A stretch of 42,204 nt of DNA from Caldimonas sp. Its GTDB lineage: Bacteria; Pseudomonadota; Gammaproteobacteria; Burkholderiales; Burkholderiaceae_C. The notes below the pieces were generated by a model that had not been told where the DNA came from, searched no databases, and saw only the letters and a list, made by a program, of their open reading frames with translations. This document shows, piece after piece, positions 8,816 through 20,909 of the stretch (within the stretch, counting starts at the first letter, position 1; the number at the start of each line of letters is the position of its first letter). The translations under genes and the position numbers were made by a program. The stretch spans positions 1-42,204 of the forward strand of contig JBDSAB010000269.1 in the NCBI GenBank assembly GCA_039922395.1. Reading direction: 5' to 3'.

Positions 8816-9894
8816 GCCGCCTCCGGCACGGCAACGGCATCGCCCGCTTGCCACGAGAACGCGAGCTCGCTGCCGACTGCATGCGGCCGGGCCGCGGCCG
8901 ATGTCGGGTACGAGAGCACGATCGGGTCGTCGCCGGAGAACGGCGATTCGACGTAGAGCTTGGTCAGGCTGCCGGTGATCATCGACTCGACCACGCGGCC
9001 GCGCAGGGTGCCGGCGCCGTTCGACGCCAGCGCGATGTTCTGCGGGCGCACCATCACGCGGACCTTGTCGCCGCTGGACATCCGCGCATGTGCCGTCGCC
9101 GCGACGCGGGTGGCGCCATCGGCCAGCGTCACTTCGACGTTCCGACCATCGCTCGCCGAGACGCTGCCGCGGAGCAGGTTCGACTCGCCGATGAAGTCGG
9201 CGACGAACAGCGTCTTCGGCGCGAAGTACAGGTCCGACGGCGAGCCGAGCTGCTCGATCGCGCCGCCGTTCATCAGGCAGATGCGATCCGACATCGTCAT
9301 CGCCTCTTCCTGGTCGTGCGTGACGTAGACGATCGTCGTGCCGGTGTCGCGGTGGATGCGCTTGATCTCGAGCTGCATGTGGTCGCGCAGCTTCTTGTCG
9401 AGCGCGCCGAGCGGCTCGTCCATCAGCACGATCGACGGCTTGTAGACGAGGCAGCGGGCGAGCGCGATGCGCTGCTGCTGGCCGCCCGACAGCTCCTTCG
9501 GGTAGCGCGACCCGACCTGCGGCAGACGGACGAGCTCGAGCGCCTCCATTGCGCGCCGCGCCGCGCTGGCGCTGTCGACGCGCCGCATCTTGAGCGGGAA
9601 CGCGATGTTCTCCGCGACCGTCATGTGCGGGAACAGCGCGTAGTTCTGGAACACCATGCCGATGTCGCGCTCGTGCGGCGCGGCATAGGTCGCATCCTTG
9701 CCGTTGATGTGCAGCCGGCCGCCGTCCGGCACCGACAGGCCCGCGATCAGCGAGAGCAAGGTCGTCTTGCCCGAGCCGGACGGGCCGAGCAGCGTCAGGA
9801 ACTCTCCCTCGGCGACCTCGAGGTCGGTCGGCGCGAGGGCCGTGAACGACCCGTAGCGCTTGGTCAGGCCGGCGATCGCGAGCTTGGGCGCCAT
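8812..9894 (-). CDS. ABC transporter ATP-binding protein (PotA-like)
   Basis: Walker A GPSGSGKT, 'VFQNYALFPH', signature LSGGQQQR, Walker B 'VLMDEP', 'YVTHDQEEA', C-terminal TOBE-like region. Confidence 0.95.
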   Translation of the reverse strand: MAPKLAIAGLTKRYGSFTALAPTDLEVAEGEFLTLLGPSGSGKTTLLSLIAGLSVPDGGRLHINGKDATYAAPHERDIGMVFQNYALFPHMTVAENIAFPLKMRRVDSASAARRAMEALELVRLPQVGSRYPKELSGGQQQRIALARCLVYKPSIVLMDEPLGALDKKLRDHMQLEIKRIHRDTGTTIVYVTHDQEEAMTMSDRICLMNGGAIEQLGSPSDLYFAPKTLFVADFIGESNLLRGSVSASDGRNVEVTLADGATRVAATAHARMSSGDKVRVMVRPQNIALASNGAGTLRGRVVESMITGSLTKLYVESPFSGDDPIVLSYPTSAAARPHAVGSELAFSWQAGDAVAVPEAA

Positions 9895-9901
9895 CGCGCC
9901 G

Positions 9902-10984
9902 CTACTTGAGGATCCAGGCGTTGAACTTCTCGGTCACCGAAGCCTGGTTGTCGAGCCAGTACTTGGCGTTGATCTGCACGCCGTTCTTGATGTTGTCCGG
10001 GTGCGTGGGGCAGTTCTTCGCGACCTCGGGCTTGATGTACTTGAACGCGTCCGGCTGCGTCACGCCGGCCGGGAAGAAGTCGGCCAGCGAGGCCATCCGC
10101 TTCGCGTCGGAGGCGAACTTGATGAACTCGCGGCACGCATCGGCGTTGGGCGTGCCGGCGAGGATCGACCAGTTGTCGACGCCCCAGAGGTTCTGGTTCC
10201 AGACGATCGCGACCGGCGCACCGTCGGCTATCGCCGATTGCGGACGCGAGACCCACGTCGCGATCATGTCGACCTCGCCGGACTTCAGCATCTGCTCGAC
10301 CTGCGCGCCCGAGTTCCACCAGACGTCGACCTTCGGCTTGATGACATCGAGGTTCGTGAACGCCTTGTCGACGTTGAGCGGATAGAGCTGCGCGGTCGGC
10401 ACGCCCGACGCCATCGTCGATTCCTCCAGCGTGTCGAACGGGTGCTTGCGCAGCGAGCGGCGTCCGGGGAAATCCTTTGCGTTCCAGAAGTCGGCCCACG
10501 AGTTCGGCGCCTTGCGGCCCTTGAAGGCATCGGTGCGATAGGCCAGCACCGTGCTGTAGATGTTGGTCGCGACGCCGTACGGCGACATGTAGTTCGCCGG
10601 GATCGTGCTCACCGCCGGATCGCTCTCGAGGCCGTGCTTCTCGAGGTAGACCTTGCCCTGCGTCGTCAGCAGCAGGATCGCCGGCTGGCTGATCTTCGCC
10701 ATGTCCCAGGTGTAGCTCTTGGTGTCGACCATCGACTTGATCTGCGCGACCGGCTCGGCGTTCGCCTGCACGCCGACGACCTCGATGCCGGTCTTTTCGG
10801 TGAACGGGCGGTAGTACACGGCGCCGTAGGCCTTCGTGTAGATGCCGCCGTCGTCGCGCACGACGATGCGCTTCGACTGCGCGCGCGCGAACTTCAGCAC
10901 GGCCGGAGCGCCGAGCGTGCCGAACGCGGCCGCGGCCTGCAGGACACGCCGGCGGGAAGGATGGGAGTACGAGTCGTCTTTCAT
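9902..10984 (-). CDS. ABC transporter substrate-binding protein (PotD/PotF/opine-type), Tat-exported
   Basis: Tat leader 'SRRRVLQAAAA'; 'PFTEKTGIEV', 'PNSWADFW..KDFPGRRSL', 'LYPLNVDKAF', 'SGEVDM'; AGGAGG RBS. Confidence 0.9.
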   Translation of the reverse strand: MKDDSYSHPSRRRVLQAAAAFGTLGAPAVLKFARAQSKRIVVRDDGGIYTKAYGAVYYRPFTEKTGIEVVGVQANAEPVAQIKSMVDTKSYTWDMAKISQPAILLLTTQGKVYLEKHGLESDPAVSTIPANYMSPYGVATNIYSTVLAYRTDAFKGRKAPNSWADFWNAKDFPGRRSLRKHPFDTLEESTMASGVPTAQLYPLNVDKAFTNLDVIKPKVDVWWNSGAQVEQMLKSGEVDMIATWVSRPQSAIADGAPVAIVWNQNLWGVDNWSILAGTPNADACREFIKFASDAKRMASLADFFPAGVTQPDAFKYIKPEVAKNCPTHPDNIKNGVQINAKYWLDNQASVTEKFNAWILK

Positions 10985-11005
10985 GGTGCCTCCTGAGGTT
11001 CCGCG

Positions 11006-12439
<1,434 letters not shown>

Positions 12440-12483
12440 GGATGCTGAGCGAAGGAAGTGTCCGGTCAGCGCATGATCACTCG

Positions 12484-12555
12484 ATCGTAATGAGATTGCA
12501 AGTAGCTGATATGCGAACACTAGTAATCGCAATGCGATCGATTGTTCGATATCGA
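12484..12555. promoter_or_regulatory. AT-rich promoter with phased palindromes; candidate IclR operators
   Basis: ATCGTAATGAGAT (12484), GCTGATATGCGAA (12505), ATCGCAATGCGAT (12526), TCGATATCGA (12546), directly upstream of the IclR-containing operon. Confidence 0.5.
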
Positions 12556-12603
12556 GAGGTCGGCGCGTAACCCGCCCTCGCAGGCGGGATCGCGACGAAA
12601 TCG

Positions 12604-14928
<2,325 letters not shown>

Positions 14929-15116
14929 CTAGCCCCTCGGGCGATCCCAGTCGACGACGATCAGTCTCGTCTATCGAACCGAACTTGGCTAAAGCTTTCT
15001 TCTAATCGCCCGGATAGCCAGGGACAAGCGCCCCGGTGGCACCTCTTGCAGCGGCGTCTTGGAGTCCGTGAGGCTGCTCTCAGCAGCGCACAAAAGCCCT
15101 CTCAACAGATCGCGGC

Positions 15117-16001
15117 TCAGACGCCGTCCGAATCCGAGGTTGACTGGGACACCGGTCGACCCGCCTCTTCGCGCTCGATCTTCTGCCACAGCTCGCGCAC
15201 CAGGCGCATCAGCAACTGCGCTTCTTCCCAGCGGTCGGACAGCTCGTAGCCGTCACGACCGGTCATCGCGTACTCCTTGGGCCCGAGCTCGCACAGGAAC
15301 GTCAGCACCGCATCGTCCGGCGCGCGGCGCCGCCAGCTGCGAAAGCCGTACTCCCACCAGCCCATGAAGAGATCGAGCCAGTCGCGCTGGTGCGCGAAGC
15401 TGATCTGCACCTGGATCTGCTCGCGGCTCGCGACCCGGCCGTGGAAGCCCCAGCAGTTGTCGATGACGCGGTGCATCAGCCGGTGGTTCTCGTCGGAGAC
15501 CGGCCAGGCGAATTCGCGCCCGACGACGTAGTGCGACAGGTCTCCGGTCAGGCGCAGATCCGGAAACCGATCGAGCAGCCGCAGCGTGAAGTACAGGTCG
15601 GTCGTCATGCGGTCACGATGCGTCTCGAAGTGGAGCGGCACACCGGCCTCGGCTGCGAGGCGACGCCAGCCCTCGATCAACGGCACGCATTCGGCGACGC
15701 TGTGCGGGCGCACGTCGGCCTGCAGGTTCAGGTGATCGGCGCCGAACTCGGCGACGTTCTCGAGGATCGGGATCAGGTCCTCGACCTTCTGCGGATAGCA
15801 CTGCGCCTGCCAGGTGAGGCCCCATTCGCGCAGGCGCTGCGTCACCTGTCGAGCGTATTCGCGGTCGAAGAAGCGCACCCCCGCGCCGTCGAAGCCGGCG
15901 TCGCGGAGCATCTGCAGCTTCTGGTCGAGCGACCACTCGAAGCCGTCGGGGCGGCGCTGCTCCATGGCCCACAGCGACTGATAGACGAGCAGGCGTTGCA
16001 T
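15117..16001 (-). CDS. Xylose-isomerase-like TIM barrel protein (sugar phosphate isomerase/epimerase family)
   Basis: 'DAGFDG' and putative metal ligands in 'FETHR', 'DLSHY', 'HGRV', 'CELGP'. Confidence 0.8.
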   Translation of the reverse strand: MQRLLVYQSLWAMEQRRPDGFEWSLDQKLQMLRDAGFDGAGVRFFDREYARQVTQRLREWGLTWQAQCYPQKVEDLIPILENVAEFGADHLNLQADVRPHSVAECVPLIEGWRRLAAEAGVPLHFETHRDRMTTDLYFTLRLLDRFPDLRLTGDLSHYVVGREFAWPVSDENHRLMHRVIDNCWGFHGRVASREQIQVQISFAHQRDWLDLFMGWWEYGFRSWRRRAPDDAVLTFLCELGPKEYAMTGRDGYELSDRWEEAQLLMRLVRELWQKIEREEAGRPVSQSTSDSDGV

Positions 16002-16034
16002 GCTGCGATCGGCGCGAGGCCTTGTGGACTGGCC

Positions 16035-17324
16035 CTAGTTGGCCTTGCCGAAGAAGCGCGGCACCGCGAGCACGAAGTCGGCCCAGTAGGTGATGATCAG
16101 CAAGGTGACCACGAGCGGCAGGTAGAACGGCAGCACAGCGCGCGTCATGCGTGCCAGGCTGATCTTGGCGATGTCCATCATGATGAACAGGATCACGCCG
16201 AAAGGCGGCGTCAAGGTCCCGATCAGCAGGTTGACGACCAGGATGATGCCGAAGTGCACCGGGTCGATGCCGAGCGCGACGATCAGCGGGAACAGCGTCG
16301 GCGTCGCGATCAGCAGGATCGCGGTCGTCTCCATGAAGCAGCCGATGACCAGCAACGCGACGTTGATGATCATCAGGATCACGACCTTGTTGTCCGAGAT
16401 CGACATCATCAGCGCGGCCAGCTTCATCGGCGCCTGCGAGGTCGCGACGATCCAGCCGAACGGCACCGCGCAGGCGATGATGAAACACAGCACGCCGCAG
16501 GTGACGAGCGTTTCGCGCGTGGCGCCGATCAGGTCGGCGATCTTCAGGTCACGCGTCAGGAAACCGAGGCTTGCGGCATAGACCACCGTCAACGCGCCGA
16601 GCTCGGTGGGCGTGGCCACACCGGCCAGCAGGCCGACCGTCAGCAGGATCGGAGCGGCCAGCGCCGGCAACGCACGCACGAAGGTCCGGCCGAGACGCGG
16701 ATACGACATCGGCTGCGTCGGCGGTGCGACCACGCGCCCGGTGCTGACCAGCCAATAGATCATCGCCATCAGCGCGCCACCCATCAGGATGCCCGGCAGG
16801 ATGCCCGCCAGAAACAGGTCGGCCACCGAGACCTGCACCAGCACCGCATACACGACCATGATCACGGAGGGCGGGATGATCGGGCCGATGATGGCCGAGG
16901 CAGCGCTGACGGCCGCGGCGAAGGCCGGATCGAAGCCTTCCTTGCGCATCGCGTTGACCTCGACCACGCCGAGACCGGCGGCATCCGCCTGGGCGACGCC
17001 GCTCATGCCGGCGAAGATCATGCTCGCGACGACATTGACATGCGCCAGCCCCCCGCGGATGTGACCGACCAGCGCCGCCGCGAACTCGAAGATGCGGTCG
17101 GCGATGCCGGCGCGGTTGAGCAGGTGGCCGGCCAGCACGAACAGCGGGATCGCGATCAGCACGAAGCTGTCGAGCCCGGTGCCCATGCGCTGCACGACGA
17201 TCGACAGCGGGATCGGCTGCGTGAAGACGATGGTCGCGATCGAGGCCAGCCCCATCGCGAAGGCCACCGGCACTTCGAGGATCACCAGCAGCGCGAACAG
17301 GCCGAACAGCACCCACAAACTCAT
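16035..17324 (-). CDS. TRAP transporter large permease (DctM)
   Basis: 'SFVLIAIPLFVLAG', 'GGLAHVNV', 'FAGMSG..ADAA', 'IIPPS', 'TPTE', 'GIDPVHFG', 'TPPFG'; ATGA overlap. Confidence 0.95.
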   Translation of the reverse strand: MSLWVLFGLFALLVILEVPVAFAMGLASIATIVFTQPIPLSIVVQRMGTGLDSFVLIAIPLFVLAGHLLNRAGIADRIFEFAAALVGHIRGGLAHVNVVASMIFAGMSGVAQADAAGLGVVEVNAMRKEGFDPAFAAAVSAASAIIGPIIPPSVIMVVYAVLVQVSVADLFLAGILPGILMGGALMAMIYWLVSTGRVVAPPTQPMSYPRLGRTFVRALPALAAPILLTVGLLAGVATPTELGALTVVYAASLGFLTRDLKIADLIGATRETLVTCGVLCFIIACAVPFGWIVATSQAPMKLAALMMSISDNKVVILMIINVALLVIGCFMETTAILLIATPTLFPLIVALGIDPVHFGIILVVNLLIGTLTPPFGVILFIMMDIAKISLARMTRAVLPFYLPLVVTLLIITYWADFVLAVPRFFGKAN

Positions 17325-17869
17325 AACGGCACCGCCTCCGTTCCAGCGGCCGTGCGGCCGAGGCCGTCCGCTCGCGCTCGGCCGGCCATCACCGACAACT
17401 CCTGCAGCAGCAGGTACAGCGCGGTCAGGATCATCGACGCCGACGACAGCATCAGCGGCATCGAATAGAACCAGCTTCTCGGCAGCTCGATCGGCAGCGA
17501 GATCGTCGACGAGCGCCCTTCGACACCCATCACCTTCCAACCCTGCACGACCAGCACCGCCAGCGTCAGCAACACCAGCGCCCAGACCAGCGCGCGCATG
17601 CCGGCCGCCCGGCGCGGCGACAGGTGTGCGCCGAAGGTCGCGATCAGGATGTGGCGACCCTCCTTCAGCCCGACGCTGGCGCCGACGAAGGACATCCAGA
17701 TGAAAGCGTAGGTGGCCGATTCCTCGACCCAGGCGATCGGCCGGCCGAGGGCGTAGCGCGTGAACACCTGGACCGTGATGGCGGCGACCATGTAGAGGAT
17801 CAGCGCGATCCCGAGGCCGCGCTCGACAGTGCCGATGCCGTCGAGCAGGCGCTTGCCGCGAGCCAGCAT
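17321..17869 (-). CDS. TRAP transporter small permease (DctQ)
   Basis: 'QVFTRY', 'WVEE', 'IWMSFVGA', 'GRHI'; four TM segments; lies between DctP and DctM. Confidence 0.9.
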   Translation of the reverse strand: MLARGKRLLDGIGTVERGLGIALILYMVAAITVQVFTRYALGRPIAWVEESATYAFIWMSFVGASVGLKEGRHILIATFGAHLSPRRAAGMRALVWALVLLTLAVLVVQGWKVMGVEGRSSTISLPIELPRSWFYSMPLMLSSASMILTALYLLLQELSVMAGRARADGLGRTAAGTEAVPL

Positions 17870-17873
17870 GCGA

Positions 17874-18848
17874 CTACAGCTTCTGGATCTGGTCCCACAG
17901 GCCGCTGGACCAGGCACCGTCCTTTTCCATCTTGGCCACGCCTTCCTTGGCACGTGCCTGGATCGGCGCCTTGTCGATCTGCGTGACCTTGGCCCCCTCG
18001 GCGGCCATCTTGCGCACGACATCTTCGGTTTCCGCGATGGCCGTCTTGCGCGTGTTCTGCACCGCATCGACTGCGCAATCGGTGACCAGCTTCTGCATGT
18101 CGGCCGGCAGCCCGGTGAAGGCCTTCTCGTTGATCGTGATGTGCGCCGACGACATCAGGTGGTCGGTGCGGATGACGTTCGGCGCGGCCTCGTGGAACTT
18201 GGCGGAATAGGCAGACGAAATCGGACCCTCGGCGGCTTCGACCACGCCGGTCTTGAGCCCGAGATAGATCTCGCCCCAGGCCAGCCGCGACGGCCGCGTG
18301 CCCAGCGTCTCCCACAAGGTCAGGTAGGTCTTGATCTCCGGCACGCGCATCTTCACGCCGTTCAGGTCGCTCAGCGAGCCGACCGCCTTCTTCGAGAAGA
18401 GGATGCGCGGCTGCGTGGGCGCAGCGGCCAGGATGCGCAGGCCCTGTTCCTTGCGCAGCTTCTCGGCCATCGCCGCATAGGTCGGGCTGTCGAGGAACTT
18501 CTGCATGTGGTCGGCGTCGCGGAACGTGAAACCCCAGGCCAGGATCGCGTAGTCCTTGACCCAGTTCGCGTACCAGTCGAGCACGTCGCCGTAGATCTGC
18601 ACCGAGCCCTGCATCGTCTGCTCGATCACCTGGACGTCGCTGCCGAGTTGCTCGCCCTGGATGAAGTTGACCTTCAGCTTGCCCGCGGCCTTGTCGTTGA
18701 CGCAGGCGGTGAAGCGCACGTTCTGCCGATCAAGGATCGAGCCGAGCGCATCGGAGCCGCCGAACGTCAGCGTGGTCTGCGCCTGCGCGCCGCAGGCCAG
18801 GGCCATCAGGGTGCCCATCAGGGCCGCGCGCTTCGTCAATGCAGGCAT
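17874..18848 (-). CDS. TRAP transporter substrate-binding protein (DctP)
   Basis: Signal peptide ending AQA; 'QLGSD', 'DLNGVKMRVP' (conserved carboxylate-binding Arg), 'EIYLGLKTGVVEAAEG', 'LPADMQ'; GAGGAG RBS. Confidence 0.93.
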   Translation of the reverse strand: MPALTKRAALMGTLMALACGAQAQTTLTFGGSDALGSILDRQNVRFTACVNDKAAGKLKVNFIQGEQLGSDVQVIEQTMQGSVQIYGDVLDWYANWVKDYAILAWGFTFRDADHMQKFLDSPTYAAMAEKLRKEQGLRILAAAPTQPRILFSKKAVGSLSDLNGVKMRVPEIKTYLTLWETLGTRPSRLAWGEIYLGLKTGVVEAAEGPISSAYSAKFHEAAPNVIRTDHLMSSAHITINEKAFTGLPADMQKLVTDCAVDAVQNTRKTAIAETEDVVRKMAAEGAKVTQIDKAPIQARAKEGVAKMEKDGAWSSGLWDQIQKL

Positions 18849-18868
18849 GTCGTCTCCTCGTTGTGTGG

Positions 18869-19771
18869 TCAGGTCGACTGCCGTGGCACAGCCACCGGCG
18901 CCGGGTCGAAGTAGCGGCGCTGCAGCGCCGTCTGGTTCTCGTAGATCGAGCCCTGGTTCGCGGCGGGCGGCATCGGCATCCGGATCGGGCAATCGACGGT
19001 GCGCGGTGCGACGGTCGGCTCGCCGACCAGCAGCCGCGAATTGAATTCGTCCCAGTCGGGGATGCCGAGCAGCGGGAACGCGTCGGCGGCGGTGAACTCG
19101 TAGAGCAGCAGGTTGCGCGAGTGCGCCGAGGTGTTCTGGGCCGAGCCGTGCACCGCGCGCACGTGGTGGAACGAGCACGACCCGGCGGGCGCGATCAGCG
19201 GCTGGGCCTGCCGGAAGTCGAGCCCGTCGCGCGCCGGCTCCATCGCGCCACAGAAGCGGCCGTCGGCGCCGTGGTGGTCGAAGGTCGGTCCGCGATGACT
19301 GCCCGGCAGCACCATCATCGGCCCGTTCTGCTCGGTCGCATCGTCGAGCAGCACGCCGACGGCCAGCAGGTCGTCGTTGGTGTGCGGGTAGAAGGCCCAG
19401 TCCTGATGCCACTCGACCGGCGAGCCGATCTCCGGCGCCTTCAGGTTGAGCTTGGAGCCGTGCAGCCGCACACCGCTCGGGCCGAGCAGCGCACTCAGCA
19501 CAGCGAGCAGGCGCGGCGAGCGCATGAACTCGGCGAAAACGGGGTGCACCAGGTGCGGCTTCTTGATGCGCCGCACGCGCGGCTGCGCAGCGCTGTGCGT
19601 CGGCTCGAGGTCGTAGACGTCGTCGTGCGTGGTCACCGCGCGCGCGCCTTCGATCAGCTCGGCCAGCACCTGCTTCATGCGCCGGCGCGTGACCTCGTCG
19701 AGCAACCCCTCGACCAAGATGTAGCCGTCGCGGCGGTATTGCGCCAGGCGTTGCGCATCGATGTCAGCCAT
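18869..19771 (-). CDS. PhyH (phytanoyl-CoA dioxygenase family) Fe(II)/2-oxoglutarate dioxygenase
   Basis: 'YRRDGY', HxD in 'WHQDW', 'LDDATEQNGPM..LPGSH', distal His in 'VHGSAQN', 2OG-binding Arg in 'SRN'. Confidence 0.92.
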   Translation of the reverse strand: MADIDAQRLAQYRRDGYILVEGLLDEVTRRRMKQVLAELIEGARAVTTHDDVYDLEPTHSAAQPRVRRIKKPHLVHPVFAEFMRSPRLLAVLSALLGPSGVRLHGSKLNLKAPEIGSPVEWHQDWAFYPHTNDDLLAVGVLLDDATEQNGPMMVLPGSHRGPTFDHHGADGRFCGAMEPARDGLDFRQAQPLIAPAGSCSFHHVRAVHGSAQNTSAHSRNLLLYEFTAADAFPLLGIPDWDEFNSRLLVGEPTVAPRTVDCPIRMPMPPAANQGSIYENQTALQRRYFDPAPVAVPRQST

Positions 19772-19803
19772 GAATCCTTTCCTCTGGATGCGCTTTGCCA
19801 TCA

Positions 19804-19823
19804 GAATGGTTGCGCTAACATTC
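19804..19823. promoter_or_regulatory. LacI-family operator
   Basis: GAATGGTTGCGCTAACATTC is an imperfect palindrome centred on GCGC, similar to TGTTAGCGCTAACA-type LacI sites; it overlaps the predicted transcription start of the PhyH operon. Confidence 0.75.
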
Positions 19824-19852
19824 ATGCTGTCGGACAGCCGGAAACCTGTCAA
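19824..19852 (-). promoter_or_regulatory. sigma70 promoter for the PhyH-TRAP operon
   Basis: TTGACA (19852-19847), 17 bp spacer, CAGCAT (19829-19824), followed immediately by the LacI operator. Confidence 0.6.
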
Positions 19853-19880
19853 GCACGGCTAAACCCTCGTCCGCATCCCC

Positions 19881-20909
19881 ATGTCTTCTGCACCACCGCC
19901 CCGCAAGCGCAGGGCGCCGCCCGGCAGCGTGCGCATGGAAGACGTCGCGCGCGAGGCCGGCGTCTCGGCGATCACGGTGTCGCGCGCGCTCAATGCGCCG
20001 GACAAGCTGGCGCCGGCCACGTTGCGCGCAGTCCGCACGGCGATCGAGCGCTTGCGCTATGTGCCCAACCTGACCGCAGGCAGCCTTGCCTCGAACCGCT
20101 CGCGCACCGTCGCGGTGATCGTGCCGACGGTCAACAGCTCGATCTTCTCCGACACCATCGACGGCCTGGCCCAGGCGCTGGCACCGCATCGCTACCAGCT
20201 GCTGCTCGGGCAGACGAACTACCGCCCCGAAGAAGAGAGCGCGCTGGTCCAGGCCTTTCTGGGCCGGCGGGTCGACGGGCTGGTGCTGACCGGCGTCAAC
20301 CATGCGCGTGGCGTGCGCAGCAGCATCCTGCGCGCCGGCATCCCGGTCGTGGAAACCTGGGACTTGAGCGAGCGACCGATCCACCTGCTGGTGGGCTTCT
20401 CGAACCACGCGGCCGGGTTCGCCGCCGGCCGCTATCTATTGGGCAAGGGCCACAAGCGCCTGGGCTACATCGGCGGCACCGACGACCGATCGCTCGCGCG
20501 GCTGCAAGGCTTTCGCGAAGCGGCCCATGAAGCCGGCGCGAGCGAAGTCGCCAGCGTCGAGCTGGCCGTGCCCTCGTCACCGGCCGATGCCGGTGTGGCG
20601 TTGGCCGAGCTGGTGGGCACGCCCACACCGCCGCGCGCGATCTTCTGCAGCAACGACATGCTGGCGGCCGGCGCGCTGTTCGAATGCGCACGCCGCCGCA
20701 TCGCGGTGCCGCGCGTTCTGGCGGTCATGGGCTTCGCCGACCTGCCGATCGCGGCCAGCATCGAACCCCGCCTGACCTCGGTGCAGGTGCGGGCCGGCGA
20801 GATGGGGCTGCGCGCCGGACAGATGCTGCTGGCGCACCTGGCCGGCGAACCCATTCACCAACGCGTCGCCGACCTCGGCTTCTCGGTGGTCGAACGCGAC
20901 AGCGCTTAG
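19881..20909 (+). CDS. LacI family regulator (E. coli GntR/IdnR-like)
   Basis: 'VRMEDVAREAGVSAITVSRAL', 'YVPNLTAGSLAS', 'IPVVETWD', 'VGFSN', 'FCSNDMLAAG', 'LTSV'. Confidence 0.95.
   Translation: MSSAPPPRKRRAPPGSVRMEDVAREAGVSAITVSRALNAPDKLAPATLRAVRTAIERLRYVPNLTAGSLASNRSRTVAVIVPTVNSSIFSDTIDGLAQALAPHRYQLLLGQTNYRPEEESALVQAFLGRRVDGLVLTGVNHARGVRSSILRAGIPVVETWDLSERPIHLLVGFSNHAAGFAAGRYLLGKGHKRLGYIGGTDDRSLARLQGFREAAHEAGASEVASVELAVPSSPADAGVALAELVGTPTPPRAIFCSNDMLAAGALFECARRRIAVPRVLAVMGFADLPIAASIEPRLTSVQVRAGEMGLRAGQMLLAHLAGEPIHQRVADLGFSVVERDSA

Noticed and set aside
12564-12594. GC hairpin after katG sharing the 14-mer TCGCAGGCGGGATC with a hairpin at about 28929-28974 (REP-like?)
   Set aside because: Only two copies, the left arms differ and there is no U-tract; 14-nt matches are expected by chance in 42 kb of high-GC DNA.
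14960-15005. Possible OxyR site upstream of katG (ATCA-N7-CTAT ... AAAG-N7-CTAA)
   Set aside because: The half-sites are degenerate and 16 bp apart rather than the canonical 7. Biologically plausible but not supportable by eye.
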